In this document: positions 23,620 through 37,951 of the stretch, in pieces
Position numbering within the stretch: the first letter of the stretch is position 1
Layout of the letters: each line of letters opens with the position of its first letter
Assembly: GCA_964035545.1 (NCBI GenBank)
Contig: OZ037768.1
Span: 8,278,741 to 8,342,740 of the forward strand
Direction: 5' to 3'
Source of the DNA: Bugula neritina
Taxonomy: Eukaryota > Animalia > Bryozoa
Length of the DNA stretch: 64,000 nt
The notes under the pieces: model-generated
The model's database searches: none
The model's input: the letters and a program-made list of their open reading frames with translations, nothing else
Told to the model about the DNA's origin: nothing
Position numbers and translations under genes: made by a program

Positions 23620-26600
23620 ATGGCAGAATTATTAGGAAATAAGTACAGTGTGGAAAATCTGCAAAAAGATGTCGACGACCTTCACAAAGTTATTAGTAAT
23701 TTAACATCTAGGTTGGGACAAGTCGGCTACAGCTCTTGGAAGTATCCAGATAAACTGGCGATTGATCTCAATATTCCTGAATTGTTGGAGATGTGTGAAT
23801 TTGATGCTGCTTACGATGAAGAAAATCAAATATCTCATTTACTACTTTTAGAGCTGGTTATTGATAGGTGAAGCCATATAATGTAATTTTCGTCTGATGA
23901 CCCATGTCTAGTGCACCACTTATACTGTTAGAGTTAGTAGGTTTTAGTTTTAGCAAAGCTAGGTTGAAATCACAAGAAGTTAAATTAGATAAATGGCTAG
24001 ATAAGTCAACTTATAACTGCAAACATATTTGAAATCAACTCACAATGACTTGATAACGGTTGAATTTGAATTGATTAAGAAATACTTGATCAAGTCAATG
24101 AGAATATGTATAATCATAAAGTATATGTCAAAAACAAATAATGTTTTTAAAAATTTAATGGATAATCTGATGTATTTACTAACTTGAAAAAAAATTGATT
24201 TACAGTATTATGTCTTGCGTTTTTATGTTATTAATTGGTTATATTAAAAAAAAACAACCAAGTTACAAAGAACTACTGTGATAATGGTTTAGGTTTAAAT
24301 TGCAATAATTATAAAAAAATTAACTAGATTGAAATAATAAAATTGGCTGTCAGAATTTTTAATAAGTTATTAAATCATTATGATTTAACAAATTTGTTTT
24401 AAATGTCTGCTAAAGTAATAAAAACTAAACTAGTTTTTGAAACTGCCTGTTTTCAAAACACTGTTTGGAGTTACTGTATTTTTTTCAGGCTATTATTCTT
24501 TGTCCAGTGTTCTAGTCGATTTATGGATCAAATTCCCTTAACTGGGCGAGCTCAATCAGCTATTGACAGTAACAGCTCATCTATCGGAATAGCTACAAAG
24601 AAATATTGGACTAAGTTATTACAACTACATTCCAGCTATCAGCAGTTACAATCAGACGTGAGTAAAACATTTAAACTGACTTGTTGTATTGTTTAATTAA
24701 ACTCATGCAACATAACACTTGATTGCACTCACTTATGCATAGGCCAAGTCTCAGAGTACAAAAATAAAAGAGTTACAAGCATTCAATGAGGAACTTCAAA
24801 ATGAACTGTCTCAGTACCATCAAGGAGTGACTCAGATACCAACAGACTCAGCTCATGGCTCCCGGAGCCGCAATGGCTCTATTCTGCCACCTATTACTCA
24901 GACAGGAACTGACACTAGTATTGCAAAAGATAACAGCAACAAATCATCTCAGACTCTGGAAACTGCATTCGTGCCTTGTGAGTCTTGTCACAAAGTACAA
25001 AACTGCTTCCGATCAGTGGCCGATAGTATGACTCAAGTTTGCAAGGTGCAAGGGATTCCATCTGCCATTGCTAAGTTTCGCAAACAGCTGAAAGGCATTG
25101 ATTGGTATTCTGCTAATGATATTGCACGTTGGAGTGTTGAACAAGAAAAGGATTTAGAGAGAATCAATAAGGTAGTTGGGTTAAATTTTCAAGCCAGATT
25201 TATAATAACACAAAGTAATTTCTTGTATGCTGGTCTGAGTCGATCACAAAATACTATTTTGAATATTTTTTTAGCATCTTTCTGATTTGATGGCAACTAT
25301 TGATCCATTAAAGGAAGAGTTAGCTAGTGCAATAACAAGTTGTCGTAACTTGGAAGAGCGAGTCACGGAATGTCTGCATGAGGTGGATGTTGAAAAACAA
25401 AAGCAGTTGAAAGCAGATGAAAAACACACAAACACGGTTAGGCATTGTTATTGATTGTTGTTATTTTTACTTGACACCAACAGCTATTATATATTGATTT
25501 TTTGATTTTCTTGCAGAAAAAAGAGATTAAATTGAACTATTTGTTTATTGTTATATGCATAGATGAATGCCATTACCAGAAAACATGAAGAAGTCAAACA
25601 CCAACTAGAATCTGAAAGTTTAAAGTTACGAATCACTAAGCAACAGCTTGAACAGAAACTGCAAGAGACCAAACGAGATCTGGAGCTTCAAATTAGCAAA
25701 TTTGAAGAACTGAGTATGTTTGTTGTTGAAGTGTTTGCTCATTTTTTAAAGATTTTGTGTAGTATTTTGTAAAAAAGATATGTTTGATACTCACTTTTAG
25801 CATGATTTTTATGATATATGTTTTACTTTATATTTAAAAGTAGTAACATATTTTAATTATTTTTACAGGTGATGTTAAGCAGCAACTAATGGCAGAGCTT
25901 GAAGAGGCAAAAACAAATAATAGTGAAGTTCTGAGGTTGGAGACTATTTTATCCAGCCTTGAAAAGGAAATGTCGCAGACAAAAGAGAAACTTCTGGAAA
26001 CAGAAGCACAGCTTCAGCAAGAGCAATCTATCACTAGAAGCTTGAATAAGAGAACTGAGGTACATATTTTATATTAACTTAATTTTATATTTGAGTCGAT
26101 GGCATATACTTGAAATTTTGTTATAGTTAATTTTTTGTATTTAGAAATATATTATTGGTCAACTTTATCGTAATTTAGCTTTAGTCTACTTTTGACGGAT
26201 AGTTTTGTGTTGCCATGTTTAACTAGATTTAAGTAATTTGATCAAAATTTCTCAATTGTGCAGCTTTGCATGTGATCTTCTCAACTGCAATATTAATTTC
26301 ACATTTCCTATATTGTAGTCACTTCAATCAAAGTATGATTCGTTAGTCCAGCGCATAGAAGAAATGGACGAGGAAAACTGCTCTCTCCAAACAGATTTAT
26401 CTTCTCTTATTGAAGAAAAAGAGCAGTTAGAAAATTCATTAGCCGGGGCTCTAAAGCACAAGAAAGCTGAAGTATATTTATCATTATTATTTAAAATTAG
26501 AATTTCTATGTGTTGTATTAGACGTGTCGTCTTACTAAGATTAGATTATTACAAAATTAAATGCCTATCATATGTACATGTAACTGCTAACTCATTTGTA

Positions 26601-29600
26601 TTGTATTCTACTGGTTATTAAGTAAGAATTATTTATTTTAAGGTAAAATATAAGCTTAGCATGATTATTATGTCATGCAGCAAAATATTCAACTTTCAAA
26701 TGCTTTTAGTAGCAACTAGCAATCGCCATTTTGTAGTCGGTTGTTGCAAAAATTGAATCGGAAAAGAAAGAGCTACAAAATTGCGTTTCTTCGTTAACCA
26801 AGACTATTGAAAATCTTGAGAGAGAACTAGACTCAATGAAAGAACGTGAGACATTAATGGTTGAATACCCAGATCTCAATGGGCCAGTCAATTCAGATAT
26901 TACAGGTAAGACAACTCCATGCAGACAACTTTATGCAAAGTACTGTATGTTTCATGCACCGCATTTTTGAATTATTTGACATAGAAAATATTGATGAATA
27001 ATTGACATTTTGAAAATTTCATACAAATATAATTGAAAATTAACAGATGACTATGTGATGGTTTGCATGTGCTAAACCTATAATATAATGCTGCATATTT
27101 ATACATTTTTGTTTTATTACATCATTGTGTTATGCTTTTTGCTTTCACATGCATGTAAAGCTTATTTAAATATTTATTTTTAATACTTTGTTTTAAGTTT
27201 ATAAATTTTGTCTGGTAGGTAGTGGAGATATTTTCAGTGATATGGCTAACCAAGTGAGAGCAAACCAAATTCGAATAGAACTCTTGCAACAGCAGAATAC
27301 CGGGTTGGAAAAGACCTTGAGTAAGATGAAGTCCAGTCACAATATCTCTGCTAATTCTGCTACTTATGTAGAAGAAGTGGTTAGTCATCGAGTTCAAACT
27401 CCAAGCAGGCATGGAAAGACAGGAGAAGTTTCGGAATCACACTTCAACTCTGTACGTAATCGTATGAGCAGCTTTGTATTCTGTACTCCTGATGCTTGTT
27501 GATATGTAATGACTTTGAGGCCATTAAACATTAAAAGTTGTATTTTATATTCTCAGATTTATTTTATGATTGAATAAACTATATTTTATAGTGAAAATGT
27601 CAAACCATAGTTATAGTTGTCTGATAACACATCATAAATTCTAGTATTAAAGTTTTTTATTTTTTTTTCTATAAAAAATAGTTTATCTGTATGATATAGT
27701 TTAGGGGCTTCATTATGCCAATTTCTATCCCATTTTAATGTTATCAGTATTATTTTAGGTTTCTCCAATGGAGCCAACGCCATTATGGAATTTAGGTGAT
27801 GAAAGTAGTTCTTACAACAGTTATAAAAAAGAAAGGTAATATCGTGACATGTTTTAGCTTTTAATGTTGCATGCTTTCTTGTGTAATCTTTCTGTTATTG
27901 AATTACCAATTGAATGCTAAAATTAGATTTTGCTACATCTAATTGCTGCAGAAGAAGTTGTCTGCCCATTGATAAATATAAATCCAAATTTCAAGCAAAA
28001 AAAAATTTAACCAGATCACACATATAATGCAGATGATTTTTTAAAACTTTCGAATTTTGTGTTATGGTAAAGTAGTACTTTTGATTCTGGTATATATTAA
28101 AACATGTACAATGTGTTATGGCAGGTTTCATTGTGGGGGTTTACTTTTTTACTATATTATTTGATAACATTATATTTCTAAATTATTAGATTCATACTCT
28201 TCAAGCAAAAGAAGCATAAAAACATATTTTACTAAGAATAAATTTTACTCTTGAAAACCAAGCATATTACTGAACAATTTGCAAAGCTTGTTTTCGCTGA
28301 CTAAATTCTAACCATTAAGTTAAAAATATGTTGCATTAATTTAAACAAAATGTCATTTTATGCTGGTCTACCATTTACAGAAATTTCAACAGCACTTCGG
28401 ATGCTAACCACGAGAGCGTGAAAGGTGCTAAATCTGGAGTCACTCATACTGGTATGTTTCATAAAGGTTTATGAAATAAGCACTGGATTCAGGGTGAATA
28501 GTTAAGTTAATTCAAAACTTGTGAGATTGGTGAATCTGGTTATTTGAATAGTTTATTTAACTTATTTTGAAATTGAGATTATCCCTTGCATCTAACAACG
28601 TATGTTTTGTTAAATGAATAAATTCTTTTTCTAGCTATATGTAAAATACATTCATAATTTTTTTTAAAAAATTATACATTTTGGACACTGTTGGTAAAGT
28701 ATTTGCTATATTGAAGTTGTTAGATTTATCAAAAACCTTTCTGAAATATAAATAAATGTACTTTAGATATTTCATTTAATTCATTTTAACAATTTGGTTC
28801 AAATCACATCCTGTGCTATACTAAGTGGCTGGTACTATTTTGTTATACAATGATGGCTTTTACATTATTTTTTTGTTTTTAAATATAATTTTTAAAACGT
28901 TTTATATTTATAGAACAGATTTTTTAAAGCCGTATTAACTGGCTCTAATACTCCTGCTTCTTAATAATCGAATTCCCAGTTAGAATCTTGAAACTCTGAA
29001 GCTAAGTCTAATATTGTAAATATTGTTTTATCATTGCCTGTGTTAGGTAAAGGTGATTGGACTTTCACGGTTGGTAGAAACCCTGAACAGCCTGCAAGGC
29101 AAGTTTCTAGCAAAATGGAGTCAAATTCTGGCGTAGATGCGTATATGAAGCTGAAGAAAGCTGGTTTACTCAAATCTAAGGGGAGACAAGCTAGAAATGA
29201 TCAGGGTGAGTTGTTGTGGTAGTTTTAAATCGAGAAATTTTTATATTAGGGGATTAATTGACTCGAAATTTGATTTTTTTTTTTTTTTTATAATATATGT
29301 GTGGTTGAAAATTGGTTGATGTTTAACCTTTGAGAATGTAGAATATGAAAGTTTTGTAACAAAGAAACTACGGTTATAGAGTTGCAATAATAGCAAAATA
29401 TTATGAAAGTAGAAACTTCTGCAAAAAGGCAAAATTGGTTCAGCAAATTAAATGTTCATTTTTATGCAAGAAGGTTTTATATTATAAAATTTTGTGAGTT
29501 ATAATAAATTATGAATGCATAATATTTCAACAGGTTATTTACAAAGTTGGTGAACAATTTTATACAGATATAGTATACAATTGTATAGCCTTAGATACAG

Positions 29601-29725
29601 TATAGCACTTAAACTTTGTAGGAGAGAAGGTTGCGTCTCAAAGCTTCTGCTGCCCTAAATGTGACAAACTGTATCACAGCTTGGTGGATTTAGAAATCCA
29701 CAAATCTTATTGCTCCTGCCGTTGA
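23620..29725 (+). CDS. CCDC157: coiled-coil domain-containing protein 157-like, about 13 exons
   Basis: N-terminus MAELLGNKYSVENLQKDVDDL...SWKYPDKLAIDL...SHLLLLELVIDRLLFFVQ resembles CCDC157. Also QTLETAFVPCESCHKVQ, coiled coils, ERETLMVEYPDLNG and DMANQVRANQIRIELLQQQN. Last exon ends CPKCDKLYHSLVDLEIHKSYCSCR*. Confidence 0.88.
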
Positions 29726-31074
29726 TGTCCGTGACATGTAGAACCAGATACACATACAGATCTTGGCAAGGAAATTCGTTACAGGAGAAACCTCCCCTTA
29801 ATTTTCACATATAAGTTAATGGCAATGATATCTGTATGAAAACTGTTACAACAGAAATATTCATAAATGTAACAATATCCTTCATTTGTATAATATGAAT
29901 CGTTACAAAAGTGAGCTGTCTTTTACATAAATACATAAATGCATGCTAGAAACCAAACTCTGTTGTTTTTGCAATGTCTATGTAGAAACCAGATAGCTGA
30001 AAAAATAAAACGCAGGCAGCAATATATTCATATTTTGTTTTTTATGTTGAATTCTGCATTTTCTGTTGGGTCAGAAGAAATTTGATTGATGTTATATAAA
30101 GGCATTGCAAAAATTAATCAATAATCTAGACTGACTCAAGCCTGTTTTCTTTATTCAGTTCTAAAAACTGTAGCCTACTTTCTAAGTCAAAAATGCTGTT
30201 TGTGTGAATAATGAATACATCAAACTCTTTGATGATGTTTCTCATTTCTTCTTATAATCAATTTCTTTTGTTTCTTTATGCTAGATTTATAAATTATTTT
30301 TCGGCGCTAATCCTAAAATTACTTGATTTATGTTTACAAATCTCTTATGCATATTGTTACCATACTTCTTATTCACCTGAATAGTGAATTTATTGTTACC
30401 AGACAATTGGCCTTCTTAATAAAACAATTGCTATTATCAACCTTCCAATAATTGATCAGCAAAGCCCGGGGCTTGTAAAAGCAGTTTAACTGTATATATC
30501 TGCTTCTTTTAACCGTGCTGATAACAAAAGAAAATTATATTTTTTGAACTTTAGAGTTTAATAATTATACTATAAAAATCATATACTATAAAGGCATAGC
30601 CAGCTAATTGCATACTTTGGACCTTTGCCTTGCATTAATTAGTATTGTAATTGCTAGCTTTTGGTAATAAATGCAACACCTTGGCCTAGTATTAGTAATA
30701 GTAATTATCAATTTCCTAAGAACGGACAATGTCCACAAATTTGTTAAATTTATTTTTTAATTAATAACCTGTTAAATAACGAAAGTGATACTGACTAGCA
30801 AAGGACAAGTAGAGAGATTTCAATAAACAACTTTGGAATTAGAAAAAAATATAGCAAAGCAGCTTTACGTGACAGTAAATAGTCAACGACATTAAAAAAT
30901 GTATTCATTCATATGAATGTTATCAATTGGAAAAAAATAATACGCAAACTCACTACATTCTGTATGATGACATAAGCCCTGTCTGTACTAACTTATGAAA
31001 TAAAATTATGTTACAAATTCAGCATATTGTGTAAGAATATTTCTTTGCTTGGTTGCAGGATATTTGACTGAGCA

Positions 31075-34000
31075 TCATGTTATAGGAGTAAGTTGTGTAC
31101 AGCTTTCGGCTTCAACCTCCATGTTGTTTGTGTTGGAGGAACTACTATCACTAACCTCTGATCCTGAACCATGTGTGACTAAAAAGTTGAAACCTGCTCT
31201 ATAGAGATATTAGAACGCTTCAACCATTACATTGCATGAACTTTATTGACTAGTCACAGCTCTTTCAAATCTTTTTGAAAAGCTTTAGCCACAAAATATG
31301 CAAAAAAAGTGCAGGTTTACAGATTTTACCCAGGCAATGAAAATTTTGTTTCATGACCAAAACTGCATGTCTTAGTAAGGATTTTAAACATTTTCCTCTG
31401 GTAAAAAATTTATTTTAAGCCCTTTAGCCTCATTAGATACTCTTAAATTTACATATTATACATCCCAATAGTCTATTGTATTACCTCAGTATTGAACTGT
31501 TTAGTAGGTTATTATAAGCATTTTAAATACATTTTATAATAACTTACTGTTATTAGAAGTTGTAGAGTGCTGTTTGAAGTTGACACACGTGCTTTTAGCA
31601 GAAGTGGTATTATGACTGTCATCATTGCTGCTGTCTTTATTGCTAGAAGATTTTGTGGTGCAATTTTGGCAGCTTGTTTGCTCAACTTCCTCTTCAGTAT
31701 GTGATGCAATGGTAGACTCTGGCTCTTTAAATCTCACTGCTCTCGTTATGGAAGCACTGCTACGGGGACGCTTGGAGTGACGCGATGGATGTGAACATCG
31801 GTGGTTACATTTAGGGCAATGAGTTTTACTGGGATAGTTTTCTATGCTAAGGTTCAAATCACTTACTCTTGGTGAGATGCTGGGTGTATCTTGAGATGAT
31901 AGAAAAGTTGATTTTGAATTACCGTATTGTTTACTAGTAGATGATGTCATAACCTCGTCAAGTTCACTAGAAAGTAGCTCATCACACTTTTTTGGAAACC
32001 CTCCTTGGCAGAAGTCTCCTATGAAGCTAATCTGCTCAGGGAGAGAGCTTTCTATATCCACATTAGATCCACAGCAGGAGGAATGTAAACTAAACATATT
32101 TGATGTTTCTGTATCAGTAGTAGATGGATGTCTTTGCTTTTTTACTTCATAAAGTCGATTTAACAAGTATCTTTGTTGCTGTCGTACAAATTTCTCTGCA
32201 TGATTGGGAGACAGCAATTCTTTCATTGAGCCATCATGATAGGAATTATCAGTGCCGTCAATGAGATACAACAATGTTTTGAGTCTAGAATGAGTTGGTA
32301 GTGAATTGCTGGCAGATGATTTGTAGTTCTTCTTTCTATGATGCCAAACTCCTAACCTCAGCAGCTCTACATGTTTTACACAACAGTCAGTTACAACAAC
32401 AAACATAACATTGATAAATGTGAAATAAGCCTAATAAAACTTACAGCATATATTATGCATGTATAATTTTAAATGGTATTGACACAGGCTTTTGAAAGGC
32501 GGTGTCTGTATAGATTTATGGATATTATGTGCATTAAAAAGCTCTTTTATATACTTTTTAAAATATTGAAATAAGTCAAATGAATAGCATTTTAAGATGT
32601 GCCAAAACACAATTAAGTGCACAAAACTTGAAATTGGAAATTACTTAAAAAAGTCTAAAAAGTGCTAAAAAGTCAAACTGATTAGCACGTAAAGTGAGCA
32701 TTTTAGCTTACTGTGACATGCATTGCTAATGGCTGCAATTTTGGATATTACAAAGCACACCTTTACTTTTTTTATATTAATTAAAGTGCAAGTTTGAAGC
32801 ACTAAAATATCTGTTTCTGTGGATAAAATGAAGTAACAACAAACTGTTTCAACATTATTGCATGCAAGTAGAAATTGTCCAATGGCTGCACTTGATAGTG
32901 CCATTTTCATATTAGAACTATATTAATGTACAACAAGTGCACAGCTTCTACTACTATAATACAGCGTATACTTACCCTCTATATCTCCACAGCAACAAGG
33001 GCAGGTGTTATGCTCCATCAACCACTTGTCAATGCATTTCTTATGATACTGGTGGGCACACGGGAGAATCCGGAGCTCCTTTTAACAATAATTTAAATAC
33101 TTTACTAACCTGAACTACCAACCAGTGAAGCATTTATTACACACAAATATTTTCATTTACTGCTTGCTACATCAGTAAGTATAAATGCATGCAGCTTAGC
33201 AAGTTTCAACATTAAAATAATAATATTTTTCTTGTAAACTGCTCATTTTAGCATTCTATTACTTATAATAAGATAGGAATTTACTCAACTTGTGTGAAAA
33301 TTAGGTGTGCATGCACTTGCTGCTACTTATATAACTCTAGTAGCTAAATATAGCTTTTGCCAAAAATAGAGTGCGTATTTTTACCAACTCGACTAATTTA
33401 TTGACTAGTCAGTCTGTGATTGATTTACTCAGCACATTATTTTATTGGATTTCAGTCGGCCATTGAGTGCAATGTCTGCTGCACTTTTATAATTTACAGT
33501 ATAAGTTTTTAAATAGGAATACAATATTGTGATGACAAATCGATAGCATTTTTGGCATATTTTAGCACCTGTGGAGAAGCTTGTAAGCAGGTGCTTCTAT
33601 TCCAGCCACAATGGCATTTGTTATTAACAGCTTCATACATCTTCAGGTATTTTTACAAAGCAAAGAATTAATTTTCCAGAAAGTATTTGAGTTGTTTCTT
33701 AAACTGTTAGCATATTTATAAATAAAGCATCTATAATATTTATCAAAATGGCAACAAAGAGAGCAAGTAACTACAATTTTCAATAATTGTAAGTTTAAGT
33801 TTGCTTCATCAATTAATTTTTTGGTGCCCAGCCAATTTCCTTGTAATTTAAAACTCTTTACATTAGCTGTCTGTATAGGTGAAGAAATTTATAAAAATAA
33901 AAAGTCATATGAAGCAGTTTTACCTCTCCACTTTTAAACTGCTCCAGGCAAATGATACAGGGACCAGGTGATTCAGAAGTGGCATCTCTTGGCTTCAAAC

Positions 34001-37000
34001 TTTTCCTTCTGTACTTATGAGTTCCAATATTTTGAAGAAATCTTTCTCTAGCTTGAGCCTACATAATGTTATATTGGTTAATAGTAAATGATATTAATTT
34101 CTTTACCAATTCAAACAAAATATAAATATTTAAAGTGTAGGCCTAAAAGAGCAGTTTTTTCAATTTTCTATAAATTTTTGTGGTATAAGAATCTGTTCAT
34201 CAATAAAATTTATGCAGACCATATCATTTGCTTAATGTTAATAAACCCAGGCAAGTTAAAGTTAAGTTATTTGACCAAAATGAATGCCTTTCTTGGCATA
34301 GCTCTCTAAGTTTAAATTTGGAATCTTGGGTTGAGACAGAGTTAGTTAAAAAGAAACAAGCAGCCTTTTATGTTATTTATCATTTTCCTTTCACCTTGAA
34401 GGTCAAAATGATGTACGAGACTTGTAGGTCAGTTTTTGTACCAAGCAACATTGAGGTTTTTATTTGTCATAATTATGATATATTTTCTTACCTGAATTCG
34501 TTGCTTTATAGTTCTCATTTTGAAAATGACTGCAGTTGAAACAATCAGCAAAACTGCCATTAGTCCAAAGATTATAGCTATTCCAATATAAGTTACACGT
34601 TCCTACAAGATAAATGAGAGATTGCTTTCTTACAGTGTTTCAGCTTATCAAAACACTGCTGAATTATTAGTTTGTGTTGGAAGGCATCTGATGAAATATA
34701 ATATATACATTAATTACATCATATGCATTGGAAAATACACTTCTTTGTATTTTCAGCCACCACTATGAAGACTTTGATCAATTTAGGAGGTATATTCTGT
34801 TGGAAAACTAACTCTCCTCAATGAAATCATTACTACGCTGTTTTTATAAGATTAGCAATATACAAACTAAAAGGCCACAGGCTACTGAGGATGGTTGTAC
34901 CTGTTTGAACCTATGAGCTCCATTAGTTAAGGAGGGATTGTTTGGTGTAGCGGCTGCTTTGGCTGGTGAGACCTTCAGATACGCTGAGTTTCTGTGACTC
35001 AGGATAACAAAAAGTTTGTCTTCCTCTGGCTCTTCGTCAACAATTATTACTGGCCTTTCCAAAGGTTTTATCAATTTAGCAAGCTAAAACAAGGTTTAGT
35101 TGTAATTTGAATATATTGTATATTATTTGCATAATAGAGCTTTGGGAATATGTTGATAATATACTAAATACATGTTTTTTGACTGAAATTAATCTATGAT
35201 TGGTCAATTAAAAGTTTTTAAAAAAACTGGTTATAAGTAAACCCTGGTGTGATATACCATATAAGTATTGCCTGGTTTTCACTAATTTGCTGATTATAGT
35301 TGCATTTATACAAAAAAAGGAAAACATGTTGGTGGAGAAGAGAAATTACTAAGTCCACATTGCCTGGGTTTCATACATTTACTTATAGTAATGAAATTTT
35401 CTACCTTTAAATTAGGCATTTGGTTATCACGCGAGAGAGTGTAACTTCAGTTGAACAAATTGTGCAAAAGCTTTTGATAATAATTTCATACATGACAGTA
35501 AAAACATGAATAGAAACTGAGTAACATCAAAGCACAATAAAAATATAATTGTCTCAGTAAATGTTAGACCAAGCATCAAATTTTTAGAACCTGAGGCTTA
35601 TGAGAAACTGTCCCCAGCTGAGAAAAACATTGCCAGTAATGGTTATTTGGGCCACCAGGAATATTATTATAAATGTATGAAACAAATAAACTCTGTTCAA
35701 TATAAATCTAGTTTTAATCTAAGCAATTATTGGTTATGTTATTGTTCACTCATAGAAACAAAAACTCCACTGGATATCTTGTATCATCAGCAGTAGTATT
35801 GACTGAACATCAAACGTCATTCAGTTGTTTATAGAACATAGCTATAGACAAAGCTGTTATGCTTTTTTAGAACTCAAACTAATTTCTTATAACTTGAATT
35901 ATTAACTAAAAATTAGTAGCTCACTTTATTTTTAAGAATTTTAATTTACTAATTGCAATTATGGCATATACTTACCTCTTTAGTAGTTGCATCTAGTCTA
36001 CCAACTGTAAGTAATATGACAGCTGCGGCTCCATTACGTATGGCCACAGTAGCCTGCAGAGGGAAATTTGTAAAAGTTGTAATCAAAGTTGAGAAAAAAA
36101 TTGAAATAATTTTCAGACTGAAACCTGTTAAAGTTGCGGTTGTCCGTCAGACTACTGTTATAGTTGCTACCAGCATATATAGACACGTATTTAGCAGTCA
36201 AATCTACTGGCAACTATTGACATGATAGTATTTACAAATTAACTAATCAGTTATTATTAGCTGAACTAAGTTTCAAGCAAATATAAACAGATACATTATT
36301 ATCAATTTTGTTTCTTTAGTAACTTTTTAAACTAGATTAATTTATTTTTCTGAAATGATCTTTTAAAATTCAGCGTTCGATTTTTAATAATATCTAATGT
36401 TTTATTAATATTTTGGTTAAATAAAATATATCATGGTGTACATTTTTTTAGCTAATCTGTGTTAATAACTGTCCCATTGTGCAGTTGTGGTTCAAAAATA
36501 AAGACCCTTTTTAACATGCTGGTTGGGGAAGAAGTAGAATTTTACAAGAAGATGTTCCAAAAGATCACCTAGTCCAAACTTTCCCGGGCGACTCCAAAAT
36601 TAGCTTAAGCTATGCTGTTAACATGACTGGAGGTAAAATAATTACAAATATAACCAATATTAGGTTCAGACAGATAATGTGAGTTTAATTGTCTTCAGTC
36701 CTCCTGTATTAAAAGAGTGTCAGCAGATATTGTTAATAGGCATCACCATAGGCTTATAACTGTGAGTGATTTTTATAGAGCAGTTAGTATATGAACTGGT
36801 TTAACTTTAATTTGCTCTAGCATCCTGTCTAGCAAATATGTGCAATCACAGCATTGCTATATTTTTTTCCTACAGATGCCTGGATAAAATCCACAGACAT
36901 ACAATTAGCCCCCACTGCCCCAGTCTCCCCCCTCCCCCTTTATATCTTTTTGTGCGGAGTGTGCAGATTAAACATGCTGATTTTAGAAACCACGAATGAG

Positions 37001-37951
37001 TGTAAGATATTGGGTACCTTCTAAAGCTATATAGTCATTTAGCAGAAATACTGCACCTTGTTAGCTGCTGATTCACAAATATCTTGACTTGACTCATAAC
37101 TGATTAAATTTTCTAGCTTGAGAATGTAAATATATCGGAACTTCACATCTGGTCGGGTGTCACAAAGAGTGTTTGGGTGCACCTGCATAAGAATGTCATG
37201 AGATTTAAAGGAGGTATGCATATTGCATGACTAGTAGATTGTTACTGCATGGTCCAGATGTGTGCATCATGTTTTGTTTTCAGAATACTTTTCCATTTGT
37301 TTAAATCTCATAATGCAAAATATTTGCTAAAAGCAATAATAAAAGTATTAAAAATTTTTTCACCATGTCACGCAATTGCATAATTTGTGTATTTAAAATT
37401 AAAAGCAGCAATTTCTATATTATAAACAGAAATAAATTCAAATATTATTTATTGATGAATGAAAAGTTCAGCAGAATTTTAAAACAGTGTACTGAATGCA
37501 AGAAAAGAAGTACTATTGTATACGTATTATTAGAGAAAATGTTGTATAAAAACCTGCATATTATTAATTTTAAATTTGGTTGCTTGTGCTACAATAAGCA
37601 TAAAGTTTATTACCTGTAATATGGAAGTAAGTGCTTGCAATGGAATTATTATAACTTCAGGCTCAAGTGTGCATTATTGTCTATAGGAACAAGTATTTGG
37701 CAGGTAACATACAAGCTGCTATGCTAACTTAATGACTACAAAACTCCACTTACTTGGCTAATATATCCTTCCACGTCAGCAATAGCACCAGCAGTTGTGT
37801 ATTTCCCATGAAGATATTTACTGGTTCTCATGCTATTCTCGTCCAACACAATCAGCTCCATTATAGCAGTATCAGCAATGACCTCTTCAGCCACAGATGT
37901 TATGGTGAAGATAATTAGTAAGATGAGAACTTTGTACTTTGTTCCCTTCAT
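31075..37951 (-). CDS. ZNRF3/RNF43-like transmembrane PA-TM-RING E3 ligase
   Basis: Signal peptide [21 protein letters not shown]. Ectodomain [21 protein letters not shown]....[23 protein letters not shown] resembles the ZNRF3/RNF43 PA domain. [24 protein letters not shown]; [45 protein letters not shown]; long Ser-rich tail. The last exon (~31193-31075) is uncertain; the alternative stop is at 31534. Confidence 0.8.
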
